From Spirochaetota bacterium (GTDB lineage: Bacteria; Spirochaetota; Spirochaetia; Treponematales; UBA12059): DNA of 64,000 bases. How positions within the stretch are numbered: the first letter of the stretch is position 1; every line of letters begins with the position of its first letter. The DNA is taken from NCBI GenBank assembly GCA_029560805.1, contig JAKQKE010000021.1:15191-79190 (forward strand), given 5' to 3'. Positions 1 to 9,020 of the stretch are shown here, one piece after another. Under the pieces are notes generated by a model. The model did no database searches and was not told where the DNA came from. It saw nothing but the letters and a program-made list of their open reading frames with translations. A program made the translations under genes and the position numbers.

Positions 1-25
1 GGTCCGATTCAGCAGGAGTCGTCGC

Positions 26-367
26 ATGGCTAGAAAAGTCACGAAAGCCGAACTGATAGACGCTCTCCACGAGCGCTCGAACCTCGGCCGTAAAGACATA
101 CACATCCTCATCGACGGCCTGTTCGAAGAGATCAAGAAGGCTATCTTAGAAGAGAAGGCCGTGGAGTTGCGCGGGTTCGGTACCTTCGAGGTGCGCATCC
201 GTAAGGGCCGTAAGCGGGCTCGTAATCCCAAGACCGGCGAACCCGTATCGGTATCGGATCATGGCGTGGCCGTTTTCAGGCCCGGTCGCGAGCTCAAGCA
301 GGAGGCCTGGAAAATCAGCGCCATAGCCTCCCCACCGCCCGATGCAGCCGAAGCGTCGGGCGAATAG
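26..367 (+). CDS. hup: HU/IHF-family nucleoid DNA-binding protein
   Basis: KVTKAELID start, VELRGFGTFEVR and ARNPKTGE signature; RBS AGGAG upstream. Confidence 0.9.
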   Translation: MARKVTKAELIDALHERSNLGRKDIHILIDGLFEEIKKAILEEKAVELRGFGTFEVRIRKGRKRARNPKTGEPVSVSDHGVAVFRPGRELKQEAWKISAIASPPPDAAEASGE

Positions 368-1964
368 TACCGCCGCGGTCGCCCCTCCCCCACATCTAAC
401 CAGTAACCTCGCGCTCCTTGCCCTGACTATACTTCTCTATACCGCCTCGTTCTACAGCGGCTCGTCGCTCGCGCCGTTCGCGGCATTCTTCGCCCTCGTA
501 CCAGCTATGGCCGCGGCAGAAGGACTTGGCCCGCTACGGTCGGCCATAGCCGGAGCCCTGTCGGGCGCCGTCGCGCTATCGATACCCTGCTCCTGGCTCG
601 CCTCGTACCACCCCGTAGCGATAACACTCGTCGCCTTCGTCGGTGCGTGGTCGTTCTCGGCCGCCTTCGCCGCCGTCTCCGCCATCCTGCGTACCGGCCA
701 CCCTGCGGCGCCGCTCGCTGTCGCGCTCGTCTGGGCGAGCGCCGACATAGCCAGATCGGTCGGCTTCCTGGCCTTCCCCTACGGTAGCCTGCCCTACGCA
801 CTTGCCGGCAACCGAGTGGCCCTGGGCCTCGCCTCGATAGGCGGAGCGCCGCTGGTAGCTCTGGCGATCGCCGGCGCTAACGCCAGCTGCTACGCCGCCG
901 CTCGGGCCATCGCGCACCATGGTCCGGGGGGCCGCCTACGGGCCGCGCTTGCGGCTCTACCAGCCGCAGCCATCGTCGGAGCCGCCGTGTTCGGCGCGGC
1001 CCCTCCGTTCTTCTCGAGGCCAGACGATAGTCTCGTCGTCGCGAGCCCCAATCCGGCAGGCGAGCCGGTGGCCGGATCGTTTCGGGTCGCTCTCGTACAG
1101 CCCTGCGTCTACGAGCAGCGATCCGCGCCGGCCTACGCCGCCGCCTTCAGGAAGCTAGCAGCCTTAAGCGTCGAAGCGGCCGAACGAGGCGCGGACCTGG
1201 TCGCCTGGCACGAAACGGCCGTCGTCCCCCCCATAGCCTGGCACCTCAAGCAGAGGCCAGATCGCCTAACCTACGAGTTCGTTTCGGACGTCGATCGATT
1301 CCTGTCTGCCTACCCCGTACCGCTACTGGTCGGGAATGGCTACGCCGATCCCGACGACCGCGCCAGGCGCGTCGAGCATAACTCGGCCCTGCTCTTCGTC
1401 TCCGGGGCGGCCATAGCCAGGTACGACAAGGCCAAGCTCGTACCGTTCTCGGAGTACATGCCGGCATGGTTCGGTCGAGCCTTGCCGTCGCTCGACCGAC
1501 GCGTCATAGCGACCTTCGGCCCATATTGGACGCCCGGCTCCGAAGCCGGGCTCATCGAACTGGGCGACGCCCGCTTCGCCGCCCCCATCTGCTTCGAGGA
1601 CTCATTCGCCAGGTACTTCGCCTCATTCGAAGAACCGGACTTCTTCATCGTACTCACGAAAGACTCCTGGGCTGGTTCGGCTTCGATGCAGGCGCAACAC
1701 CTCGCCATGTCGAGGTACAGGGCGGCCGAGACCGGCTCGATCGTGCTACGAGTAGCCGATACCGGCTCCACCGCGGCCATCGCGCCGGACGGCGCCGTCG
1801 TGGGTGAGCTGGCGCCGTTCGAGCCCGGAGTGCTGTACGCCGACGTGACGCTTGCGGCCGGGACCCGGACCGCTTACGAGGCCGGCGGCATGTATTTCGA
1901 CCTTGCCATACCCCTCCTCGCCGCGCTCCTATCCACACTCTGCGCACGTCGACGACCCCGATAG
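342..1964 (+). CDS. lnt: Apolipoprotein N-acyltransferase
   Basis: Hydrophobic N-terminal TM region; nitrilase-fold catalytic E-K-C motifs (WHET, YDKAKLVPFSEY, PICFED); FPYG motif. Start uncertain (overlaps hup). Confidence 0.85.
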   Translation: MQPKRRANSTAAVAPPPHLTSNLALLALTILLYTASFYSGSSLAPFAAFFALVPAMAAAEGLGPLRSAIAGALSGAVALSIPCSWLASYHPVAITLVAFVGAWSFSAAFAAVSAILRTGHPAAPLAVALVWASADIARSVGFLAFPYGSLPYALAGNRVALGLASIGGAPLVALAIAGANASCYAAARAIAHHGPGGRLRAALAALPAAAIVGAAVFGAAPPFFSRPDDSLVVASPNPAGEPVAGSFRVALVQPCVYEQRSAPAYAAAFRKLAALSVEAAERGADLVAWHETAVVPPIAWHLKQRPDRLTYEFVSDVDRFLSAYPVPLLVGNGYADPDDRARRVEHNSALLFVSGAAIARYDKAKLVPFSEYMPAWFGRALPSLDRRVIATFGPYWTPGSEAGLIELGDARFAAPICFEDSFARYFASFEEPDFFIVLTKDSWAGSASMQAQHLAMSRYRAAETGSIVLRVADTGSTAAIAPDGAVVGELAPFEPGVLYADVTLAAGTRTAYEAGGMYFDLAIPLLAALLSTLCARRRPR

Positions 1965-1974
1965 GGCTTGCGCA

Positions 1975-2003
1975 TTGACAAGAAGCGATCCGTATAGGAA
2001 AAT
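1975..2003 (+). promoter_or_regulatory. Putative sigma70 promoter for the response regulator operon
   Basis: TTGACA (1975-1980), 17 nt, GAAAAT (1998-2003); weak -10. Confidence 0.4.
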
Positions 2004-2077
2004 GGCCGTATCATGGCGCCGGCTTATATGGCCTCGCGCGCTCGGCGATCGATCCAGAACGGCGAACGGGGTTCCAC

Positions 2078-2743
2078 GTGAGCAATAAAAAACGCATACT
2101 CGTCGTCGACGACGAGCAGATAAACCTCGAGTTCTTCGATGTAATGCTGTCAAAGCTCGGGTTCGCGGTCCATAAGGCGGAGAACGGGCAGGAAGCCCTC
2201 GAGGCCGTCAGGCGCCTGCGCCCCGACCTGATCATCCTCGATAACATCATGCCCAAGTTGTCGGGCTGGGAAGTGACCAAGATCATCAAGTCGTCGCCGG
2301 AGTACGCAGAATTCTCGGAAATCCCCATCATCATGTTCTCGGCCCTCGACGACGTCAAGGACAAGGTAGAAGGGCTCGAGCTCGGAGCAGACGACTACAT
2401 TACAAAGCCGTTCAACTTCGCCGAGGTCCTGGCCAGAATCCGGGCCATCCTGCGCTCGTACGAACTCGTAAAACAAATAGAGAACCGGGAACAGAGCATC
2501 ATCGTCGGCGAGAGGGCCGTAGCCGAGATGCAGAAGGCGATAGCCTCGACGAAACGATCGCTCGAGCAGATAGGGTCCGCGTCAGACCTGGTTACAGCTA
2601 AGGAGCTGGCGGCCAAGACGAGGGCCGCACTAGTGGAGCTCGACTCCAGGTTCGGCTCGTTCTCCTCCGAGTACGCAGAGCTCCGCAACAAGGCGAGCGA
2701 TATCAAGACGCTACGAGGCAAGCCCCATCGCGCCGAGTCGTAG
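2078..2743 (+). CDS. Response regulator: receiver domain plus C-terminal coiled coil, no recognisable DNA-binding domain
   Basis: ILVVDDE, DLIILDNIMP (phospho-Asp), GADDYITKPF; helical heptad-rich tail; GTG start. Confidence 0.85.
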   Translation: MSNKKRILVVDDEQINLEFFDVMLSKLGFAVHKAENGQEALEAVRRLRPDLIILDNIMPKLSGWEVTKIIKSSPEYAEFSEIPIIMFSALDDVKDKVEGLELGADDYITKPFNFAEVLARIRAILRSYELVKQIENREQSIIVGERAVAEMQKAIASTKRSLEQIGSASDLVTAKELAAKTRAALVELDSRFGSFSSEYAELRNKASDIKTLRGKPHRAES

Positions 2744-2768
2744 CGACGGCGGGGCGGAAGGAGCCGGT

Positions 2769-2990
2769 ATGATCAGCGAAGACAAGAGACGCGTCCTCGA
2801 CCTGTTCGCCGAGGGCAGGAAGTTGTATAAGCTGATGCGCTTCTCCGACGCGGCAGATAAATTCGACGAAGCGCTCAAGATCGACCCGACCGACGGTCCG
2901 TCGAAGGTGTATCTCGACCGATGCGACCATTACGTGATCGATCCGCCCGACGAGGATTGGGACGGCGTCTTCGTCATGAAGCACAAATAG
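2769..2990 (+). CDS. Small TPR-like protein resembling the C-terminal tail of spirochaetal/deltaproteobacterial class III nucleotide cyclases
   Basis: F..A...F.EAL.IDP.DGPS.VY..RC......PP..WDGV pattern; RBS GGAG. Confidence 0.65.
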   Translation: MISEDKRRVLDLFAEGRKLYKLMRFSDAADKFDEALKIDPTDGPSKVYLDRCDHYVIDPPDEDWDGVFVMKHK

Positions 2991-3005
2991 GGAGCCGAGG
3001 CCTGG

Positions 3006-3404
3006 ATGCCAAAACAATCATCGATCCGCAACGCGGCGGACGTAGTGACCGTACTCGGAGGCTCGACGAGCTTCTCCGGAACGCTAAAATTCGACACGAG
3101 CCTCATGATCCGCGGTAGCTTCGACGGCGACATCGACGCGAAGGGCGCCCTCTATATCGACGAGGGCGCGACGGTGAACGTAGGGAGGATACGGGCGATG
3201 AGCATCGTCGTCGCAGGCTCCGTCCGCGGCGACATAGAAGCCGTCGACAAGGTGGAACTACGCTCGAGCGCCCAGGTACGCGGCAACGTCAAGACGGCTA
3301 GGCTCAGGATAGCCGATGGCGTGCTGTTCGAGGGCCGTTGCGAGATGGTCCGTGACCCCGAGGCGTTCGACCCGTTCGCGGCCAAGGCCCCGGCCGAGTC
3401 CTGA
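3006..3404 (+). CDS. Bactofilin (polymer-forming cytoskeletal protein)
   Basis: TVLGGSTSFSGTL, IRGSFDGDI, VAGSVRGDI, V.GNV, IADGVLFEGRCEM beta-helix repeats. Confidence 0.9.
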   Translation: MPKQSSIRNAADVVTVLGGSTSFSGTLKFDTSLMIRGSFDGDIDAKGALYIDEGATVNVGRIRAMSIVVAGSVRGDIEAVDKVELRSSAQVRGNVKTARLRIADGVLFEGRCEMVRDPEAFDPFAAKAPAES

Positions 3405-3405
3405 G

Positions 3406-3909
3406 ATGGCGGAAGGCGCGCCGATCGAGAGCGCCTCGGGGGCTCTCGCCGCCGTCATGAACGCCGGCCGAGCCACCCTCGCCTGCGCCGAATCGTGTAC
3501 CGGGGGCCTAGCTTCCGCCGCAATTAGCGCTATTGCCGGAGCCTCGTCCTTCTTCCTCGGTTGCGTCGTATCATACTCGAACGAGGCGAAGCGCGGTCTC
3601 CTCGGCGTCGATGAAGGCATACTCGCGGCGTTCGGCGCCGTATCGGAGGAGACGGCCCTCGCCATGGCTAGAGGAGCGGCGGCGGCCTTCGGTTCGGACT
3701 TCGCGTTCTCGATAACGGGCGTAGCCGGGCCTGGCGGCGGTAGCGACGAGAAACCGGTCGGTACGGTCTGCTTCGGCTACGTCTCGCCTGCGGCGGCATC
3801 GGCGGAGCGGCTCTTCTTTCATGGAGACCGGTCGGAGATACGGACGGCCGCCGCGACCCATGCGCTACGGCGGATCGCCGAGATAGCCGACGCGTACGAT
3901 CGAGCTTGA
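3406..3909 (+). CDS. cinA: CinA C-terminal domain / NMN amidohydrolase (PncC family)
   Basis: AESCTGG, GASSFFLG.VVSYSNEAK, GAVSEETA.AMA, SITGVAGPGGG; start re-set to ATG 3406 after bactofilin stop. Confidence 0.88.
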   Translation: MAEGAPIESASGALAAVMNAGRATLACAESCTGGLASAAISAIAGASSFFLGCVVSYSNEAKRGLLGVDEGILAAFGAVSEETALAMARGAAAAFGSDFAFSITGVAGPGGGSDEKPVGTVCFGYVSPAAASAERLFFHGDRSEIRTAAATHALRRIAEIADAYDRA

Positions 3910-3935
3910 CAATCCGTGGAATGCGGGAGTATCGT
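3906..3935 (+). promoter_or_regulatory. Putative sigma70 promoter of rho
   Basis: TTGACA (3906-3911), 18 nt, TATCGT (3930-3935); a second TTGACA at 3950 has no -10. Confidence 0.5.
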
Positions 3936-4153
3936 TTAGGCAAGGTACATTGACAGCGCTATTCAGCGCGTCGGCGTTAGGCTCATGGCCGCCGCCGCTA
4001 TCTTCCGACCGGAAACGGAAAAAGCATAGACAGAATCAGGGACGCTCGGAAGCACGCCTCCCGAGCCAACCGAACCGCACGGAAACGCGCGGTCTCGGGC
4101 GTATGGCGCCCGCGACGATCCCGGTCGGCTCACACAACCTATTGGAGTAACTG

Positions 4154-5854
4154 ATGGCAATTCTACGCAAGAGCCAGTCGGACGAGACTTCGTCCGGAGC
4201 GCCCGAAGCGAAGCCCCAAGGAGAACTTGGTTTGGAGATCAGCACAGAAAGCCTAGAGCAGTCGGATCGCGACGACGGGACGGCCAAGCCGGCTCCGCGC
4301 AAGCGCATCGTACGCCGCCCCGTCGTCAAGCAAGACGAGCAGTCGCCCGCTCAACCCCAGGTCCAAGTTGCGACGGAGCCGGAAGCCGCGACCACGCAAG
4401 GCGGCTATCCGCCGTCCAATGGAGCCCACGCGGGCTTCTCGCACAGCCAGCGCCACGAGGCTGACGAAGGCCGCCGTTTCGAAGGCCGAGGCGGCTTAGT
4501 GCCCGGCTTCGTACGCAAGCAGGAGAGCTTCGAAAAAGCCAAGGAGGACGCGCCGAAGCAGGAGCAAGGCGAGGCCCGATCCAAGCTGTCCATCAACGAG
4601 CTAACGAGCATGGGCTTCAAGGAGCTACGCGAACTCGGTGGCGGTACTGGCTTGAACCACGAGGAGATGATGGTCCTGAAAAAACAGGAACTCATCTTCC
4701 AAATTCTGAAGGCCCATACCGAGCGCGGCGGCATCATCTACGCCTATGGCTCGCTCGAGATACTGCCGGACGGTTACGGCTTCCTGCGTTCTCCCCAGAA
4801 CAGCTACCTGCCCGCCTCGGACGATATCTACATCAGCCCGTCCCAGATCAGGCTCTTCAACCTGAAGACCGGCGATACCGTCTTCGGACAGATCCGTAGC
4901 CCCAAGGAAGGCGAGCGATTCTTCGCCATGCTCCGCGTCGAGCAGGTCAACTTCGACGAGCCGGCCGTCGCCCAGAATCGCATACCGTTCGAGAACCTGA
5001 CTCCGCTCTATCCAAACCAGCGTCTCAACCTCGAGACGACCACGGCCGAGACCTCCACGCGCATCATCAACCTGTTCTGTCCGATCGGCAAGGGACAGCG
5101 AGCGCTGATCGTCTCCCCGCCGAAGACCGGTAAGACGATACTTCTACAGAAGATAGCCAATGCCATCACGGCCAACCACCCCGAAGTCTACCTGATCGTG
5201 CTGCTCATCGACGAGCGGCCGGAGGAGGTGACCGACATGGAACGCACCGTCAAGGCGGAGGTCATATCGTCGACCTTCGACGAGCAGGCCACCCGCCACG
5301 TACAGGTCTCCGAGATGGTCTTGGACAAGGCCAAGCGCCTCGTCGAACACGGCAAGGACGTCGTGATCCTGCTCGACTCGATCACGAGGCTTGCGCGGGC
5401 CTATAACCAGACCGTGCCGACCTCCGGCAAGATACTGTCAGGCGGCGTCGACTCGAACGCCCTCCACAAGCCCAAGCGATTCTTCGGCGCCGCGCGCAAC
5501 ATAGAGGGCGGCGGCTCGTTGACCATCATCGCGACGGCCCTCGTCGACACGGGTTCCAGGATGGACGAGGTGATCTTCGAGGAATTTAAGGGCACCGGCA
5601 ATATGGAGATCAACCTGGACAGGCGGATGTCGGACCGTAGGCTCTTTCCAGCGATCAACGTCAAGAAGTCGAGCACCCGCAAGGAGGAGCTACTCCTCGC
5701 CTCGGACGAGCTCCAGAAGATATGGATACTACGCAAGGCCCTGAGCCCGATGGACGACCTCGAGGCTACCGAGCTGCTGATTGACAAGATGTCCAAAACT
5801 AAGAATAATGAGGCATTCCTACGATCCATGAATACGCCCTTAGGCGATTCCTGA
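4154..5854 (+). CDS. rho: Transcription termination factor Rho with about 140 aa N-terminal low-complexity extension
   Basis: [57 protein letters not shown]. Confidence 0.97.
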   Translation: MAILRKSQSDETSSGAPEAKPQGELGLEISTESLEQSDRDDGTAKPAPRKRIVRRPVVKQDEQSPAQPQVQVATEPEAATTQGGYPPSNGAHAGFSHSQRHEADEGRRFEGRGGLVPGFVRKQESFEKAKEDAPKQEQGEARSKLSINELTSMGFKELRELGGGTGLNHEEMMVLKKQELIFQILKAHTERGGIIYAYGSLEILPDGYGFLRSPQNSYLPASDDIYISPSQIRLFNLKTGDTVFGQIRSPKEGERFFAMLRVEQVNFDEPAVAQNRIPFENLTPLYPNQRLNLETTTAETSTRIINLFCPIGKGQRALIVSPPKTGKTILLQKIANAITANHPEVYLIVLLIDERPEEVTDMERTVKAEVISSTFDEQATRHVQVSEMVLDKAKRLVEHGKDVVILLDSITRLARAYNQTVPTSGKILSGGVDSNALHKPKRFFGAARNIEGGGSLTIIATALVDTGSRMDEVIFEEFKGTGNMEINLDRRMSDRRLFPAINVKKSSTRKEELLLASDELQKIWILRKALSPMDDLEATELLIDKMSKTKNNEAFLRSMNTPLGDS

Positions 5855-5929
5855 GTCGGCGGGACCTGACTTTTAGCCGTCATCAAGCCGGTATTCTGGC
5901 ATGTATGAGCGGCACGCGAGGAGATCACG

Positions 5930-6133
5930 ATGAAGAGCGGGATACATCCCAAGTACGAGTTCACCACGATCACGTGCGCGTGCGGCAATGTCATTGAGAC
6001 CCGTTCGACGGTAAAGAATATCCAGGTGGAAATTTGCTCCGCCTGCCACCCCTTCTTTACCGGAAAGCAGAAGCTCGTAGACACTGCAGGACGCATCGAC
6101 CGCTTCCGCAGGAAGTACGGTATCAAGGAGTAA
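5930..6133 (+). CDS. rpmE: 50S ribosomal protein L31 (zinc-binding type)
   Basis: [13 protein letters not shown] and [19 protein letters not shown]. Confidence 0.97.
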   Translation: MKSGIHPKYEFTTITCACGNVIETRSTVKNIQVEICSACHPFFTGKQKLVDTAGRIDRFRRKYGIKE

Positions 6134-6169
6134 CGCCCCGGGGCTTGCGCCCGCGGGAGCGTAACGAAG

Positions 6170-6206
6170 AAGGCCGGCGCTCGGTAGAGCTGCCGGCCTT
6201 TTTTTT
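6170..6206 (+). terminator. Intrinsic terminator between convergent rpmE and rdgB, possibly bidirectional
   Basis: Stem AAGGCCGGC (6170-6178) / GCCGGCCTT (6192-6200) followed by a T run to 6206. Confidence 0.85.
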
Positions 6207-6229
6207 GGGGCCGCGAGTCGGTCGCCGGA

Positions 6230-6829
6230 TTATGGAGCCGCGACCAGGCTACCCAGTAGCGACGAGACCCGGACGAGGGCCCTTCCGCGATGCGACACTC
6301 GGTTCTTTTCCTCGACCGACAGCTCCGCGACGCTACGGCCGAGTTCGGGTAGCAGTACCAACGGGTCATAGCCGAAACCGCCGGATCCCCGTGGTTCTTC
6401 GAGCAGGACGCCCTCGCAGGCCTCCTGAATCACGAAGAACCTATCCCTAGACAGGACCAGCGTCATGCAGCATACGAAACGGCAGGAGCGGTCGCTCCGT
6501 CCGCGCATCTCTCCGAGTAACCGCGCGTTGCGCTCGGCGGCGCCGAGCGGCGTTACGCCGTCAGGGGAGCCGTAGCGCGCCGACAGCACTCCCGGCCTGC
6601 CGCCGAGCGCGTCGACGCAGAGGCCAGAATCGTCGGCGAGGACCGGGGCCCCGACCGCGTGCCAGAGGGCCAGGGCCTTGCCCACGGAATTGCCGATGAA
6701 ATCGTCGGCTGTCTCCTCGTAGTCGAAGTCGACGCCCGCGTCCGACGGTAGTCGTACGTCGACGCCCGGCAGGGCCGGGCGTATCTCGTCGAGCTTATGG
6801 GCGTTGCCGGTCGCTATGTAGATGGTCAT
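6230..6829 (-). CDS. rdgB: Non-canonical purine NTP pyrophosphatase (RdgB/HAM1)
   Basis: IYIATGNAHK, ADDSGLCVDALGGRPGVLSARY, GFGYDP, KNRVSHRGRAL; start at ATG 6829 behind GGAGG RBS. Confidence 0.93.
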   Translation of the reverse strand: MTIYIATGNAHKLDEIRPALPGVDVRLPSDAGVDFDYEETADDFIGNSVGKALALWHAVGAPVLADDSGLCVDALGGRPGVLSARYGSPDGVTPLGAAERNARLLGEMRGRSDRSCRFVCCMTLVLSRDRFFVIQEACEGVLLEEPRGSGGFGYDPLVLLPELGRSVAELSVEEKNRVSHRGRALVRVSSLLGSLVAAP

Positions 6830-6866
6830 CGTTCCTCCGTCCGGCATTCTAGCCCTTCGAACAGGT

Positions 6867-7730
6867 CTACGAATAGCCCGAGTACATCCTGAGCACGCGA
6901 CCGACGCCACAGTCGACGGTGCCCTTGGGTATGCCGAGCAGTTCCGCGACGGCCTTGTTAGGTATGAGCCTGTTCATATGGGCGATCCGCCGAGCGGCCC
7001 GGAGGTACAGTCCACGCTCCCGTTCCACGGTGCCGCGTAGATATCGCCTGGTGTCCTCGTCCGCCTCGCGCGAGAGCCTACGCGCCGCGGCTCCCATCCT
7101 GATCCACGCCACGTTCCTGCCCCGACGCTTCGAGGCGATGCGCGGGTTTATCACGGGGTAAGCGTTCCGCGCCCGTTCGAGGAGGCCGAGCAGCTCGGCA
7201 AGGTCGAAGCCCATCTCTTCGGCTATCGCGGCGACCTGGCCGTCGTCGAGGAGATGCGCGCACTTGACGCAAAGGAACACGATACGTCGCCTGAAAGAAG
7301 TGGCGACTACCCCTACATCGTCCCTGCAGGGGAACGCCGGTCCGGTACTGCCAGGGATATCGTCGTCGGGGGCTGAGTACTCGCAACGCCGTAGGTCTTC
7401 CCAGGCTTCGAAGACCTCGTCGTCGATGACGGCGCCGTCCCTATCATAGCGGCAGACGCGCTGCCTCTTGAGCGAAAGGGCCATGTACCGGAACGAGCTG
7501 ATCGCGAAGGCCTCGAAGCGATAGCCGGTATCCTCGTAGCGATTGGCCAGGTTGCCTATCCTGGTCCAGTAGCGTACGAACACCTCGCCGACCTCGTCTT
7601 CCGACTTGAGTCCGTAGACCCAAGGCCGCTTATAGACATCCGTAGCCATCAGCTCCAGGATGCGCCGTTCCAAGCCCAACTCGCCGTGCTTCTTCCGATC
7701 GACCAGGTCGTTCAGCTCCTCATTAGACAT
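6867..7730 (-). CDS. Atypical ECF/sigma70-like factor: region 2-like N-terminus, long insert, region 4.2 HTH at C-terminus
   Basis: DEVGEVFVRYW...RFEAFAISSFRYMALSLKRQR resembles sigma region 2; IPNKAVAELLGIPKGTVDCGVGR resembles region 4.2; RBS GAGGTG. Confidence 0.6.
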   Translation of the reverse strand: MSNEELNDLVDRKKHGELGLERRILELMATDVYKRPWVYGLKSEDEVGEVFVRYWTRIGNLANRYEDTGYRFEAFAISSFRYMALSLKRQRVCRYDRDGAVIDDEVFEAWEDLRRCEYSAPDDDIPGSTGPAFPCRDDVGVVATSFRRRIVFLCVKCAHLLDDGQVAAIAEEMGFDLAELLGLLERARNAYPVINPRIASKRRGRNVAWIRMGAAARRLSREADEDTRRYLRGTVERERGLYLRAARRIAHMNRLIPNKAVAELLGIPKGTVDCGVGRVLRMYSGYS

Positions 7731-7781
7731 AGACGCACCTCGTTTCTGTGAAGAACGCCGACAATAGCTGAAATCAGTTAT

Positions 7782-7797
7782 TGCAAGAAGCGTACCT
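7782..7797 (-). promoter_or_regulatory. Putative sigma54 (-24/-12) promoter of the sigma-like gene
   Basis: AGGTACGCTTCTTGCA versus consensus TGGCACG-N4-TTGCW; exact GG-N10-GC spacing; in an AT-rich intergenic region about 50 nt upstream of the ATG. Confidence 0.62.
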
Positions 7798-7929
7798 ACA
7801 TGGAGGTGGCTATCCCTTGATCGAGATCCAAGTAATGCCTCAGCATCGACTTACGAGCCAAAAGTAAAGGCCGCCGAGATGCTAAATCCCGACGGCATCG
7901 ATTCGGCTGTTACAAGTAGTTACATTCGC

Positions 7930-8913
7930 CTACGCCAGCAGCGGTTTGAAGGCTTCGATAACCCGCTCGACTATATCGGCGGCCTGGCCGGTTATGTGGA
8001 GCCCGGCGGCTAGGCGATGCCCGCCTCCGCCAAACGACGCTGCGACCGAAGCGACATCGACGGCCTCCCTCGACCTGAAACCGACGGTGCAATCTGTCGG
8101 GCTCTCCTGCCTGACGACTACGGCCACTTCCATACCGGCGACGGTGAGCAGCAACTGGTACAGCATGTCGGAGTCGCGGCCGACGAGACCGTAGCGTTCC
8201 TGGTCAGCCAGGCTCATGCTGGTAACGATCAGCTTACCGTCGTAGCGCGTCTCGGCCTTCGACAGGAGCTCGCCCATCAGCTTCCTGGAGGCGAAGGGCT
8301 TGCCGCCGTTCATCATGTCGAAGGCTCGCTTCGGCGAGGCGCCTGCCTCGACGAGGCGGCCGACGGATGCGAAGACGTCGCCGGAAGTCTCGTCCAGGTG
8401 CCTGAAGAACCCGGTATCGGTACATAGGCCAAAGAGTAGCAGCTCGGCTTCCTCCTTGGTCGGCCGCCCCGAATGGGCCTCGATGATGGACTGCACGAGA
8501 TAGGTAACGGCGGGAGCCCTCGGGTCGACGAGCACCGCATCGCCCGACGCGTTGCCGGAGGCATGATGGTCTATGAAGGCCAGAGGCAGTCCCTCGGGCA
8601 GGCTCAGCCGGATGTCGCCTATCCTGGATAAGGACGAGCAGTCGAGGACGATGATCGCGCTCCCCTCGCCCGCCATGGAGGGATCGGCCTTGTCCGAGAA
8701 GCGGGACGCGTAGCCCGATATCTCGGTCCTGGTGAACGGGCCGGACGATAGGAGATAGACGCGCTTGCCGATCCGCTCGAGGAACGAAGCGAGCGCCAGC
8801 TGGCTACCGACGCAGTCGCCGTCCGGTTCCTTGTGGCCGACCAGTATGAAGCGGCCGTGCGTATCGATGAACCGAAGAATACCTGATCCCTGAATGAGCT
8901 TTTCCTGCGTCAC
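7930..8913 (-). CDS. nrnA: DHH/DHHA1 phosphoesterase (NrnA / c-di-AMP PDE family)
   Basis: GHKEPDGDCVGS, IDHH, TDTGFFRH, GGGGHRLAAG; probable GTG start at 8913 (ORF open to 8967). Confidence 0.85.
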   Translation of the reverse strand: MTQEKLIQGSGILRFIDTHGRFILVGHKEPDGDCVGSQLALASFLERIGKRVYLLSSGPFTRTEISGYASRFSDKADPSMAGEGSAIIVLDCSSLSRIGDIRLSLPEGLPLAFIDHHASGNASGDAVLVDPRAPAVTYLVQSIIEAHSGRPTKEEAELLLFGLCTDTGFFRHLDETSGDVFASVGRLVEAGASPKRAFDMMNGGKPFASRKLMGELLSKAETRYDGKLIVTSMSLADQERYGLVGRDSDMLYQLLLTVAGMEVAVVVRQESPTDCTVGFRSREAVDVASVAASFGGGGHRLAAGLHITGQAADIVERVIEAFKPLLA

Positions 8914-9020
8914 GATACATCCTGGATAGTTGAGTTGCCTGCCGCGCGAATGGGCGACCCCGGCCACCGGCTTGGGGTCGCCCTAGTATATCGAAGAGCT
9001 GATGGTCGGGCTAGGCCGCC

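Noticed and set aside
4030-4062. SRP RNA-like TCAGG...GGAAGCA motif in the rho leader
   Set aside because: The inner stem does not pair and there is no GNRA loop as in SRP domain IV; treated as part of the leader instead.
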